From Phoronis australis (Eukaryota; Animalia; Phoronida): a stretch of DNA of 47,009 nt. A program made the position numbers and the translations under genes. Shown one piece after another: positions 1-12,490 of this stretch (its first letter is position 1; the number at the start of each line of letters is the position of its first letter). The DNA lies in assembly GCA_002633005.1 (NCBI GenBank), contig NMRA01000419.1, positions 55,256-102,264 of the forward strand, read 5' to 3'. The notes beneath the pieces were generated by a model. It saw only the letters and a list, made by a program, of their open reading frames with translations. It ran no database searches and was not told the origin of the DNA.

Positions 1-760
1 GACTTTAAATGCTCCCGTGGTCAGATGTTGGTACCTCGTTCATCTATGCTAAGTGCTCTGGGCTGCCGGTCTAGTAATCACTTCGGTGGCAACGCCGTAG
101 AAAATTCGCCTCTTTTTATCCATTTAAAACATTAATAGTAGAAAACGCGAGTAAATACAGGGCTTAGTAGTTTACGAAAAGTGTACATTTTAGTGATGTT
201 AGATGAACGAAACTAATTCTGTGTTCTAAGTAGTTGAAAGTTAACAGTATCTTTAAAGGATTCATCGATCACACAGTAGACCAGGGTAAGAATAAACCAA
301 ACATGGTCACTTTAAAAGACACGAAGTACTGTGTATGAGCACATTAAAAATTTTTCACTGCAGATCTTGGTATTTTATATTAGATGCGAGACGATTATTT
401 TTACGCCAATGACTACCAGACCGTTACTGGCATGCTGAAATGGCCAACTGGCACCACAGTACATGTATAAGCTCAAAGCTCTGTCTCACGCGAGCTGCTT
501 TAGGGACAGTGAGACATTGGAAGTGTCACGTTTATCTTCACTTTATGCTGTGAATTGTAATTCCCCAATATCACGTCATAATCACGTTGAACTCGTACGT
601 CGATCCGGGATAAGACATGGCGAGCACGAAGTCAGGCGCATTTGCGATCTGTTTGGGCTGGTTGCCGCAACGGTAATCGGGGTGAAGGTGTGAGTTCGTA
701 GAAATGGATGAGACGGTTAGAGTGGAAGGCACACCAAGTGCTCTGTGAGAACTGGACTTC

Positions 761-910
761 TGCATTAAGACTCTTCCTTGCAGTACAGCGGAATGTGAAC
801 GCGAATTCAGCGAAATGATTCGGGTAGTAACAGACGATCGCTCTGGTTGCTATTAGAAACCACTGACCTCCAGCTAGCGGTTTGACAAGTCAGTGATCCT
901 CCGCTTTCCA
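761..910 (+). mobile_element. hAT transposase remnant (C-terminal dimerisation domain)
   Basis: Translation from 761 gives CIKTLPCSTAECEREFSEMIRVVTDDRS, matching the hAT dimerisation motif (P.STA.CER.FS.M..I.T..R); the frame decays afterwards. Confidence 0.7.
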
Positions 911-913
911 TTA

Positions 914-1472
914 CAGCGTTCTGTCGTTCAGTAACTTTTCCAGGCGTGAGGGGTGCTGAACGTGCGATAACATCTGGCTCTTTTGTTAACTTCCCAGCTC
1001 AGTCTTTTGTCCCGTATGATAACAAGCAGACCAATTATCTCCCAGGCTTCAATGGAAACATATGGTGGTTGCACGCTATTACCGAACGCGTACAGCTGTA
1101 TGAACGCAGTCAAACCCAGTGCGTTGGTAATCCGTTTGGACAGAATAGATTGTTTTAACTTCTGTTGTATAGTTATGGGCGATTTTGGTGATTCAAAAAC
1201 GGAACATGATCAGCATTTGACGAGGAATTCAGACATGCTATTCGTCTAAGCTCAAATATGTTATAAATTAACTTTCATTTTTATCAGCCCAGCCCTGTCA
1301 GGCTAGATACGATCTGATCGGAGATTAGAGCAATTCGAACAAAAGAGCGCAGGCCCTCCAACCATAAATGCGAGAATGGAGTTAATCAGTCGTGTAAGAT
1401 ATTGGTTACGGGGGTAAACTTCCCAACTTGTTGCTGGGCTATAGAATCGAACAAGTTGGGAGCAAGGGGATA
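914..1472 (+). repeat. Dispersed repeat, diverged copy of 42125-42633
   Basis: Long shared blocks in the same orientation, e.g. agaatggagttaatcagtcgtgtaagatattggttac and gtcaggctagatacgatct. Confidence 0.9.
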
Positions 1473-2377
1473 TCGCCGTCATGCCTTGTTCGACCCACAC
1501 CATTATACCGAAACGTGCATTCGACAACAGGGAAGTGCTGATAGAACTCAGTCCAGATCATCAAGTAACAGCAGACAAAAAAACTTTGTGAAGGATTCTG
1601 TTGAAGTAAGCACTCTTAGACAGGTATTTTACTAACTTCAAAACTAAATAAAAAATGAGAACAACTGTGCAAGAAAACTCAGTTATTTCAAATTTGCGTA
1701 TTATATATGAGTGCATGCACGTGTGCATTATGTAATAGTGTTCAGCTCATTGAAACATTTGCTTGTGTAATTGAAGCGTATGGAGTAACATATGATAGCC
1801 GAGTAATGAAATTTGAATATTTCAAGATAAAGTAACATTTATGGTATCATACCATAGCCGGATACACACCCCACGGGCTAATAAAAACACCCGCCTGCAT
1901 TTCGCTTCTGGGCGTTACGCCTATTTTCCTTTCAATCGTGTTTGTACCTATCATCAGAGACCGCTTGCAATGCACGCGAACATTTGCCTTCCTATGTGTG
2001 GTTGGGCCTCCTTTCTGCAACATCATAGAATTGCCACTACAGACTCAAAGTACTTCCCACTCGTGAGTAAAAAATAGGCCTACATGTTTGTGATCAGGTT
2101 TTCCGAATTCAAAAATTCAGTGCTCAAGGTGATACGGTGGGCTTTGAGCGCCTACATACAGTTCTTCTAATTTCACCAGTAGGCCTACAACACTGGCAAT
2201 AATTTCTGTGAATCGGGAACATTGTCTGAGGATAACATCGGAATCGCACTTGTCATTCTGCAATACAACTTTGATTATTACACAAATACTGGTTGGGGGT
2301 GCTGCTCTTGTTCACAAGAACTCAAAAAAGAACTAAGAACTAGATAAGCGATAAAATTACGCTGTGATGAATACATG

Positions 2378-2437
2378 TAGCTCTTGTGCCAATAGCTGTT
2401 GTGCCAATAGCTGTTGTAACAATAGCTGTTGTGCCAA
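2378..2437. repeat. 15-bp tandem repeat x4
   Basis: Unit tagctgttgtgccaa with minor variants. Confidence 0.9.
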
Positions 2438-2988
2438 GAGACCATTCAGTCCGGGTTTTTCTACAGACCACCCTCACAGACGTCCTATGAAAGAAAGGCA
2501 TTATTTCAAAACCCTGTTACACAAAGTTCAAGATCTAAAACAGGTACCATGTCATACCCTGCCCATCTTGGACCACCACGTTATAGAAATTGCATGACAA
2601 CAGCTTAAATGATTTGTAATTACATCCCAGCCACCATCGAGAAGAACTGCGTACCGATGTAACCATACTGGACTGAGTTGAAATACTGAATAAGAACGAC
2701 CTTATTCACTCAATAATATACTCGATGAAAATATTCCACCTATGATTAAATATAAGAACAAACCGTGATTTAGCAACACACTCTAATCAGAAATTTAAAA
2801 ATTGTAAAGATCATTCAGAAAATCCAACAATAAAACGTTATAAAAACAGTGCATCACGGTAGAAAATTTGATTAGGAAATAGAAGCAACATTACAGCATG
2901 AAAGTTATCGATGGAATAAACAATGTTTCTAACCACTAAAAGAAATAATGAACAATAACAAATAAGATTCGAGGACACACAAATCAGC

Positions 2989-3348
2989 CTTCATACCCTA
3001 CCATACATTCAAAGGTCGTTCATCATACCCTACCATACATTCAAAGATCGTTCATCATACCCTACCACACATTCAAAGTTCGTTCATCATACCCTACCAT
3101 ACATTCAAAGGTCGTTCATCATACCCTACCATACATTCAAAGGTTGTTCATCATACCCTACCATACATTCAAAGTTCGTTCATTCTACCCTACCATACAT
3201 TCAAAGGTCGTTCATCCTACCCTACCATACATTCAAAGGTCGTTCATCATACCCTACCATACATTCAAATTTCGTTCATTCTACCCTACCATACATTCAA
3301 AGGTCGTTCATCCTACTCTACTATACATTCAAAGGTCGTTCATCATAC
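2989..3348. repeat. 32-bp minisatellite, ~11 copies
   Basis: Unit ttcatcataccctaccatacattcaaaggtcg, head to tail, no spacers. Confidence 0.95.
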
Positions 3349-3583
3349 TCATGCAGAGTGAGAAAAGTAACTTTCACATCTCGAAAAGTCACATTTCACT
3401 TCCCTGACTTCCCAAGTAGAACATTCATGAATGTTCAATTCATATCAAACGAAATTCGGTAAGGTCATCCGTACTCATTGTTTTGCCATGAATGTGCAGA
3501 CGAGGAGCTATCTAATAAAACTTTCAGGGTTTTAATAGAAATCGAAAAGTTGCATAAAACGAAATGATGACCTAGAGAGTTAT

Positions 3584-4530
3584 AAGAGAGGTTTTCCAAA
3601 ACGACGTGAACGTAAATTATTACACATTTATAATACCGCGTCATACAAGGTATTGGTGGCTGTGACGTAATCCTGATAGTGTTTGAGCATTTTGCACGAA
3701 TACAGGGAGATTAGCGTCGCTTTAAACGCGAAAACTGTGACCCTTTTTAAGTCTTGTTTGATAAGATTTCGAAAAAAAAGGTTTTTATTTTGATACAGTT
3801 CTCAATCGTTTTATTTGCTTCATTGTTGAATGAACACGATTCTTTTGTCTATAAATGTTCTTAAAGTTTAGTTGCAAGAAAGCACTTTTCCAAAATCCTT
3901 ATTCTTCCGGCGTTTTCTTGACATCATCGAAATAGAATGGAATTTAACAGACAGACACTTTTTCGTATCATTAATTTTTCATGATTAATTTACATGGTTC
4001 TATTTATTTTAAACTGCAAAAAATCTCATTCTAAGAATCAGACCACTTTTGCAGGAATTCGAAGAAACGACTTTTTCATTTTCAACATATTTTTTTATCT
4101 AGCGGAGAAAATAAATCTGAAACTAAATAAGGTGATCCAGATCCTCCCAAGGATACTATTGTTTCACGAAATGTAGAATATAAATCGGTAAATAAAGCAA
4201 CAATGATGGATCAACTGAAATTAAATTTTGAAATTTTCGGATGTAATAACTTCCTTTGTCAACAGAAACAGAAACAGAAATAAAGTTGACAAAGGAAGTT
4301 ATTACATCCGAAAATTTCAAATTTCAGTTGATCCATTCTTGTTGTTTTATTTACCGATTTATATCTAGTGGAGAAATGATACGATAACAGTTATTCACTT
4401 CACGTTTACTTTCAAGGTCACGTAAAAAATGCTATCGCGAAACCCATTTTTGTTACTTTATCGTAAACCAGCACCCGCAATTACGAATGCGCCATAATTC
4501 ACATTCACGTCGCTTTGCGAAACCTTTCTA
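3584..4530. mobile_element. Non-autonomous TIR DNA transposon
   Basis: Left end agagaggttttccaaaacgacgtgaacgtaaattattacacatt is an imperfect reverse complement of right end aatgcgccataattcacattcacgtcgctttgcgaaacctttct; no coding capacity seen. Confidence 0.7.
4178..4364. repeat. Long hairpin: ~80-bp arms, 21-nt loop
   Basis: 4178-4263 pairs with 4285-4364; inner tttgaaattttcggatgtaataacttcctttgtcaac pairs perfectly. Confidence 0.95.
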
Positions 4531-4669
4531 ATATTTCTTGATTACAACTAAACCTGTCTAATATTTCTAGATTACAATTAAACCTGTCTAATATTCCTAG
4601 ATTACAACTAAAGCTGTCTAATATTTCTAGATTAAAACTAAACCTGTCTAATATTTCAAGATTACAACT
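4529..4669. repeat. 30-bp tandem repeat, ~4.7 copies
   Basis: Unit taatatttctagattacaactaaacctgtc, abutting the right TIR. Confidence 0.9.
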
Positions 4670-5821
4670 TGGTTTTCATGCGATGCTACTTCTGAGTTCT
4701 TTCATAAAAATCCTCAGTGATGCAAAGTGGAACATTTTAAAACAACTCTAACGTCGTCTTGGATACACAATGCATGTTTCTTTATTTTCTGTAATTTCAA
4801 GTGGCCAAAGCCATGCGCCTAGTATGTCGGTTGCTACGGGTTCACCCTTACGCCTGGAAATTATTATCGACGTGTCCCACTCCCTTCGGCCTCCCATTTT
4901 CTACCTCTCCATACAATAACATAACTTTTAAAAAACTGACCTAGGTTGAAATTTACCAATCACTACAATGAAAAGATTTAAACTGACCCAAAGTGTTGAC
5001 CATTTTTGATAAGCAAGTTAGTTCAACTTATCAGAAACCTGTTTCACATTAATGCGTAGGCTTTTGTCAAAGAAGTGAAACGAACTGGTGACAAATTGGA
5101 TATGAGAACCTACATGGTTAGTCGGCGAAAATGTTTCGCCCGCCAACTCGTGCAGCGACTGAAGTATTAATTCCATATACAAAACTTAAATCGCAAACAG
5201 GGAAAACGGCAATGAATTCAAAATCATGTTTTGAAATTCGAATCACCAGCAATGACGGTGCATTCCGTAAATTCAGTTTTCAGTGCAAATCTCATTTTTT
5301 TCAAAATTCCTTTTCGACTGAGGTAGGGAGCGGTTTTCCGATAATAAAGAAATCAATGTTTCCCTTCACAACTTAAAAGATGGTGCTCATCAGATTAGCT
5401 TAAAAATGAAAAAAGTCAAATCCACGATCAAGCCAGTAGGGAGTCCCTAGGTTATGTGGGGCCATAGAAAAATGTCCAGTTTTGAACAATTTGGAAATAA
5501 TCTCAGAAATGGCTAGTCAGATTCATATGAAAATTTCAGCTACTATAATATGTGCACTGTTTTCCAGGATTTGTTTTTTTTTTAATTCCCCACGTTTGCA
5601 TTAGGGTTTATAAAAAGGGGTTATCAGAGTTGCAAAAATAAAAACAAAATGTTAATTTACGAAACTGTAACAGCATTTGAGAGAATTTAAAATTTTCAAC
5701 ACTTATATGACATTTGTTCATTTATTATTATCGATTTTGGTGCAGTTTTGCTTTAATTTTACTCCATTTTACTAAAAATCATAGTTATGTGATTTTATTA
5801 ACTGTATGTTGATGTCAAGGG

Positions 5822-6011
5822 ATTTCTATTATCACAAAATAGTTTTACAGCCATGCTGAATGAAATTGAAAATATTTGAAGATATTTCTATTTTCACAAA
5901 ATAGTTTTACAGCCATGCTGAATGAAATTGAAAATATTTGAAGATATTTCTATTTTCACAAAATAGTTTTACAGCCATGCTGAATGAAATTGAAAATATT
6001 TGAAGATATTT
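5822..6011. repeat. 62-bp tandem repeat x3
   Basis: Unit tcacaaaatagttttacagccatgctgaatgaaattgaaaatatttgaagatatttctattt. Confidence 0.95.
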
Positions 6012-8019
6012 GGCAAAGTACACAGCATTGTCTATGAAGCCGTACAGTACTTGTACATAACCTTAAGGTCACTTCAGCTTTGAAATATTTAATTTAAGTC
6101 GCTGCCATTTTGTTAACCACGTGACATTAGTACATTTATCACTACTTTTTTACTCCTTATTTTTGTTGTCTTTTCCTACAACCAGTTCATGTCCACTAAA
6201 GTCTGCTTAATCTCTGTGGTTAAACTATGAATCATCAACGTCTGAGATCTTGTCGAAAACTGTGAGCATTCAGCCAAAGACCCAGTACACTAAAGAGGCA
6301 TGGGACGCGAAATCTCGTCAGAATATCTTTTAAAAAGTTCCGGCCGAAAGTACCATCTCGCAACGTTTAGTACAGAGTTATTCACTTTCCCGTACAGGAC
6401 ATTTCCAGCAAAAATCACAAAATTCGCGATTCATCAAATATGTGCGAAGGAAAAACTCACCACAGAGTTCCTAATCCCCTCCCACTTATGATAAGTGTGT
6501 GCAGGGGCTCAAAGTCGTTCAGCAAACAGCTGACTAATAAGATTATCTCTGATCGCACTATGAATCTTAGGTCAACAGCAGAGTAAGCTAATGAAGCATT
6601 AAGCAATTTTCAGTTGGGCAGATTCCTTCAGTACTCCAATGCTGAACTTGTTGTAGTTTCTAGAAGCATGTTTCATTAAAAGTTTAGAGGCTGGCTTTAT
6701 AACATAGTTAAGGTATGTTGAACGTGACGATACCAGTTTTCAAGCTAAGCTTTAAATTCTAGGTCATGGATGTAGCTTGCAAATAATCGCAAAGATAAAA
6801 AGTAGGCTTTCTTTGGATGGGTCCTGCCCTGTACATGTACATACCATTTATTATTCGCATGTACCAAGGGTCTCAAAGGTCTACGTATACATGTATTTTC
6901 CAAGCATGCTAAACTCTGTTTATTGAACTAAAATTATTTCTATTTTGTTATTTATTGATGCGGCGGGGAAGTATTTTGCACCAGCTCCATTAGGTCGGTA
7001 TTCTTTTTTCTGTCAAATTTCAAAAAAAACTTGTCATTTCTTCGATTTTTCTTCCACACAGCAAATGACATTTTCTCATTTAGTATGGCAAGACATAGAC
7101 GCAGCACATGCTACAATATGGAAAATGTGACCTTTGGCCTTTGATGTAAACAAAAGAAAGCCGGATTTCAAGCAACGGCCTGTCCGACTTCCTTGAGCGC
7201 ATGCGCGCAAATGTATTATTATGGTGGAAAATATGAAAACTGTATTAAAATGAAAGAGTTTGCATTTCGTCTGTGTTTCAAAAATAGCGAATCTGGCGAT
7301 TTTTACAGGAATTCTTGACATATTCAAATTGAATAACTCTGACATTTGTATCCCCTAGAAGTAGATTAGCCACGACATGTTTAAAAGGCGTTTTCACGCG
7401 ATTTCGAGTTCTGTAACACGTTAACTGTCATTCCACGAGAACACCAAAATAGTCAGGTTCACTATGTCTAAATTTTGAGATTCGTTGGAATTTTTTGGGG
7501 AAAGTGGAAACTATACATTTTTGGAAACGTCATGGAATGACGAATCAGAAAATAATTGATTCCATTTTTTCGGTGGCCATCTTGGCGGCCATCTTGGATT
7601 TTCAAAAATGGCGCCGGTAAAATGGATTTTGCCCAATATGTCCACCCTTGGGTCACTGAGAATGTTAGTTTTTATCGCTACACCTGCAGTTCTGAGGTCA
7701 ATGAATTGGCAATTTTAATTTTAATGGCTGCCATCTTGGTGGCCATCTTGAAAATTCACAAATTAATGGCACTCGTAAAATACATTTTGCTCAGTATTTC
7801 TGCTCTTGGGTCACTTAGAATGTTAGATGTAATGGCTGCACCCACATTTTGTGGGGTAAGGAATTGAATAGCAGATACGAACCCCCAGAATATTTAAAGG
7901 AATCACAGAAACACAGATTAACCTGCATGTATGTTTACAGTGTATATCTATATCTTTTTCAAAAGACATTTGAGACATGTCTTTTGAAGATTTCGTTATT
8001 ATTTCTACTGTTCACTTTG

Positions 8020-8140
8020 GAATCCAGTTCTCCTCTACTCAATGGAAATGCAGTTTGCTTTTGACAGTCTGATGGCAGATAAGCTTGGCAGTAACCAGGC
8101 TGAGGATCAATGACGAGAACAACTATTGTAGCCTGCAAGG
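8020..8140 (-). pseudogene. Possible small fragment of Gypsy-type reverse transcriptase
   Basis: Minus strand reads IDPQPGYCQAYLPSDCQKQTAFPLSRG, resembling LDL..GY.Q.......KTAF.T..G; short and degenerate. Confidence 0.35.
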
Positions 8141-8159
8141 CAAATCGACCAGAAACATG

Positions 8160-9201
8160 ATATCAGCCACTATGAGTTCACCCTAACACCAAGAGCAATC
8201 TTTGCTGCCAGTGGGGCAATGCTGTCATGTACAGAGAAATCGAATCGAATCCACTTTCTGCAGAAACTTTCCGAAGCAGACGTCTCAGAACAGGACAGTC
8301 GTCAAGCTGCAAGAGAGGTTTTAGACCAAGAAAACACGTAAACAACATCCAATGAGTGTGTTCACCCAAGCCACAAGTGTGGATAGTATGGAAGTGATTT
8401 TCTTAACTTGAGATTATGACGATATCATTCTGGTTTTTTGACACGCACAAAGACAACTCTTTGAAGCAAGCCACAAGGAAAAAAGGAGGCAGAGAAAGGG
8501 TCAAGTACAGCACCAGGTAAGAGATGAGACTTATATAGAGAAAATCTCAAGGAGCCGTTTCCTCTCCCATGACCAAGAAAGGCTCAACTTACTAAATATC
8601 TGTCTGCAAAGACACTTGAATATAATCAAGACTCTGCGAAGATAGCCATTACTTCAGCTTCAGGATGCACAAAGAGCAACCGACGTGATTCACGCTTAGA
8701 AGAAATGATCACGAAAAAGCAGTTATATTGCTAATACACTGTTCATCATGCAGTTCTGGCATCACATCAAAAGCCCCTGATTCTCAGCTGATGTTTTTTT
8801 CACCTGACATTGATTTACTGGTACTCGTCATTGCCTATTATGACAGGCTTATCAGAAATACCTCAGTCCCCATGGCATCTGGGGTTGTGGACGTGAATCC
8901 AATATGGACAATATTAGGTGCTGTCCGGGCAAAGGCTCTTCCTGCATTCCTTGACCCATCACATAATGAATTTACAAGGACAAAGATGACCAGCTGAAAC
9001 ACTCACAACTGAGCAGATTCCGGCGCCAGAGGCTATCATTGAGAAGGTTAGATGCCAGTGCAAAATCAATTCCTCTTCCCAAAGATGCTCTTGCCGATGA
9101 AAGGACCTATCTTACACAGATCTATGTAAGTATAGTGCAGAATGCCAGAATGGTGATGACGTGATTCCTAGTGACAGTGATGGCTATAGTAATGATCTAT
9201 A
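8160..9201 (+). mobile_element. Academ DNA transposon coding remnant (XPG/PIN-like nuclease region and Cys-rich C terminus), frameshifted
   Basis: Motifs in order across frameshifts: YEFTLTPRAIFAASGAMLSCTEKS; IILVF/DTHKDNSLKQATRKKR; FLSHD..KAQLTKYL; NDHEKAVILLIH; FSPDIDLLVL; AKALPAF; APEAIIEKVRCQCK...RCSCR*KDLSYTDLCK. Upstream 7550-7760 has repeated ggccatcttg motifs that may be the subterminal region. Confidence 0.8.
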
Positions 9202-9458
9202 GACTGATTTCAAAGTTTTGAAAGACTATTGACACTACAAAAACATACTTTCGTGTTTTTCAGACGTAAATAATTTGTTGAGGTACTGGTTTAGTTTTAA
9301 GTGTCTTGAAGGAAACAAGCTCCGAACAAAATATACAAGAAAGTAAGATAGTGATCATATGTGTGGGATTAAATGAAGAATGTATTTAGAAAATGTGGCT
9401 GATAATAAATGGGGTTTTGATTATGTTTCTCATTTAATAAGTTGCATTTTCAGATTTC

Positions 9459-11170
9459 TGCCACAGTAAGTAACTTAGAGTGTACTTTGGAAATTTTCAG
9501 CAATACGGACTGAGCCAGGCTCACGTTAACTATGAAAGAAGGCATACATAATTGTTACCATGGCTACTCAATACCGTAAAAGCTTCCTCCTTAAACTAGA
9601 ATTTGACAAGCATGATAAAAAATAATATGAAGCTATAAGGCAGAAGGATTCGAGTAAGTTCATATTCCATTATCCAAATGTAACCCATTTCTGTAAATTA
9701 AAAAGTAAGATTTTTTCACACTTTTTTGCTTTGATATATCTCGAAGTAGAAAGTAACTAGTTATTCTATGCATGGAATTTAGAAAAATATGTTTCCTATT
9801 GTGAAAGATAGTCATACTATGAACAGAAGTTGACTTCCAAGCAAAAAAAAAACGATTTTAAAACAATTTAACAGAATTTAGCAGAGTGCACGGTCAATTG
9901 AAAATGCACTTCTCATTGAAAGAAATAGAAGATTCATAATATTTAGGGCAAAAGCACCGGAAAACTGTCCAAAACTGCTTTGTGTAGCCATTTGTCTACA
10001 AATGTATGATAGATCTTCACCGATGACAAAGTAGCCGGTTGAGCATGTCTTTCAGTTCAGAAATGACACCATTTTGTTCAACGTAAATTGTGAACACTTA
10101 AACCATTATATAAGCTACACCTGGTGCTAACTCTTAATGACACATGTCTTTACCTACCATTACGTACAAAATGGTAGGTAAGCATGTCTTTACCTACCAT
10201 TACGTACAAAATGGTAGGTAACCATGTCTTTACCTACCATTACGTACAAAATGGTAGGTAAGCATGTGTTAATAAATTTTATTGCTAGAATATTTGTGAA
10301 AATAACGTATAAGCATTTTTTAAAAATCCGAAACCTATGCTGTTGATAGAACAAGATGGCCTACACGACCAAAATAAAGTCAAAATTTGACACGTAAATG
10401 GCAGTAACTTTTGAATGTACCATGCAATTTTGACAATTTTTCATTTGAGACAGCAACACCTTTCCTGTGATGCAGGTTTTTGTCTTCAAACCGAAAAAAA
10501 TGAACTTTCGGTTCAACCGCTTCATATAGTCTCAACCCTTTAATTCAAAAGCATGCTTGACATGATGCACAAAACGGAATCCTTAAAAATCACATGAATT
10601 ATTTATGTCAGCCTAAAAAGTGTCTATAAGTTCTACAACCGTTTTGGGTTGCAACAGGCAATTATGTCATCATTTGTGCCTGCGTAATCTCTGATCCACG
10701 GCCAGTTACGGACCCTCAATGCCGGGTAAAGTGGTAATGAGGATATGTCAAACAGCCTTGTGGACCCTAAAATGTTGATTCCCATTAATTCCTTTTCTTG
10801 AAACCATTTTAAATGTAACGAAGTTACAAAAACATTTGTTTAATAATGTAGAATATGCAATATTGGAGCATATTTTAGAACAAACACTGAAAAAAACATG
10901 CAAGAGATTTTTTAAATTTGTTCACATAGGCCTACACTGTATCTAAGATCTATCCAAAACACATATTTCAATCCCAACAACCTCCCAAACTGGCTTGACT
11001 GACACCCACTTTCAAAACTACAAAAAGTGCTTACGGATTTACCTACCCTTCCACGTGATGAATTTCGCGAAATCATTAATTTCAATTACATTTGGTGGCC
11101 CTTATGTCCCACTATTTTTCCCCTAGATTGATTTTTTGATTTTCTCGGGTAATGGCTCTTAATAGCTGAC
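9459..11170 (+). repeat. Left arm of long diverged inverted repeat (partner 15360-17192)
   Basis: Colinear reverse-complement blocks: taaactagaatttgacaagcat, caattgaaaatgcactt, catgcaattttga, gacacccactttcaaa, aatggctcttaat. Weak similarity may extend to ~11380. Confidence 0.9.
10143..10267. repeat. 40-bp tandem repeat x3, each unit a 12-bp stem-loop
   Basis: Unit catgtctttacctaccattacgtacaaaatggtaggtaag; ttacctaccatt pairs with aatggtaggtaa. Confidence 0.95.
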
Positions 11171-12490
11171 GTAAACAAGGTGTATATTCATGTACCATTA
11201 AATGTTTTCGTGTGTGGTCTGAGGAGATTTTTTAAACTGCCGTAGATCTCAAACTCGCATACACATGTAGGTTGTGCAGGTCTTCGACGCAAAGATTGTC
11301 TAAACATAATAAGACCCAATTGGGTGCACGGAAGGCCTGTATATGTCTACGAATTTTCGGGGGATGAATTGTTGTGTCTCCAATTACCTCATGGAAGTGG
11401 CCGACAACGAAGGGAATGAGGAATTTCTAAAAGATCGGAACGTTGAAGCAAAATCGCTTTCACTTTGAGCCGCGAGTTGTCGCAGGCAATTGAACGTTGG
11501 TGAAAATGAAGGAAACGTTCGTTTCGAAAGACTAAAATGTCAAAGTTGACAGAATGGCGAATATGGTGGAAACTGAAACGCGACATAATTTGTTAAAATC
11601 TATTGGTATTGAAACGATTGACGTTGAATGTTAACGATTGTTGTGTTATCATATGTTAATGTCATCCTAAACCCGTTTGATAATACTCATGGAACATGAA
11701 CGTTTTTGACGTTGTCGCAATTGTTCTTCAAATCACGACAGTTTTTTCTTCGAAGGTCACCAAAATGTTTTGCAATTTGAGAGTTACATCCTGACACTTT
11801 TTACACTAGTTTTTATAAAAGTTTGCCATATGAAGGTTTTGTTTCATTTGTCTCAGAAGTCTTTTAAATCGTTTTACCATGCATTAAAGGAAAGATGTTT
11901 CCAACGAAAGTTAATGTACCCACTCTGACAAGGAAGAGCCCTTTGACTGAAAAAGACCACCGGATATTGTTCAAACGTTCATTTGTTCAGTCCAGCACTG
12001 GGCACGAGCAAAACCTTCGGTGACCGGAAGGGGGAAGTGTGAATATTATGGCCACCATAACTGGGCGAATTTTGAAGACAGTAGCGGCGGGCATTGTTGC
12101 GACCAGGGCAGCACCTCATAATACAAGGGCCCCGAAACTTTTATAACTTATGGTTCAAAAAGCCTTAATCCGGCACTGGGCTTACTAGAAAGACACGGCT
12201 TTACTTGATACAGTGACTTTTAGTTGTGGTTCTCTCACCGTTTTGCTGCAAATATTGTTGACGAGTGTTTGGCATCATTGCGACAGGAGGTGTGATAACA
12301 ACAGTGGAAACACCAAATACTGGATTTGTGCCCCTCTCTCTTTCTCGTCCTCCNCCCCCCCCCCCCTCCGTCTTGCCTCTGGGAAAGGTAGCATGTTTTC
12401 AACAGTTCAAGAATGTTGGTTTAAATACAAAAGTCACGATTTTTGCGAGTTAACTTCATTACAATGTTCCTACTTTAAGCAGGTGGCCTG

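Noticed and set aside
25-70. Minus-strand LSIDE, piggyBac-like
   Set aside because: Five residues followed soon by a stop; insufficient.
2989-3348. CRISPR array (also considered for 10143-10267 and 20777-20964)
   Set aside because: Units are head to tail with no unique spacers, no cas genes, eukaryotic context.
3144-3407. 87-aa ORF
   Set aside because: Read-through of the minisatellite.
12351-12370. Poly-C tract containing an N, and the ORFs crossing it
   Set aside because: Uncertain homopolymer; the poly-Pro translation is not evidence of coding.
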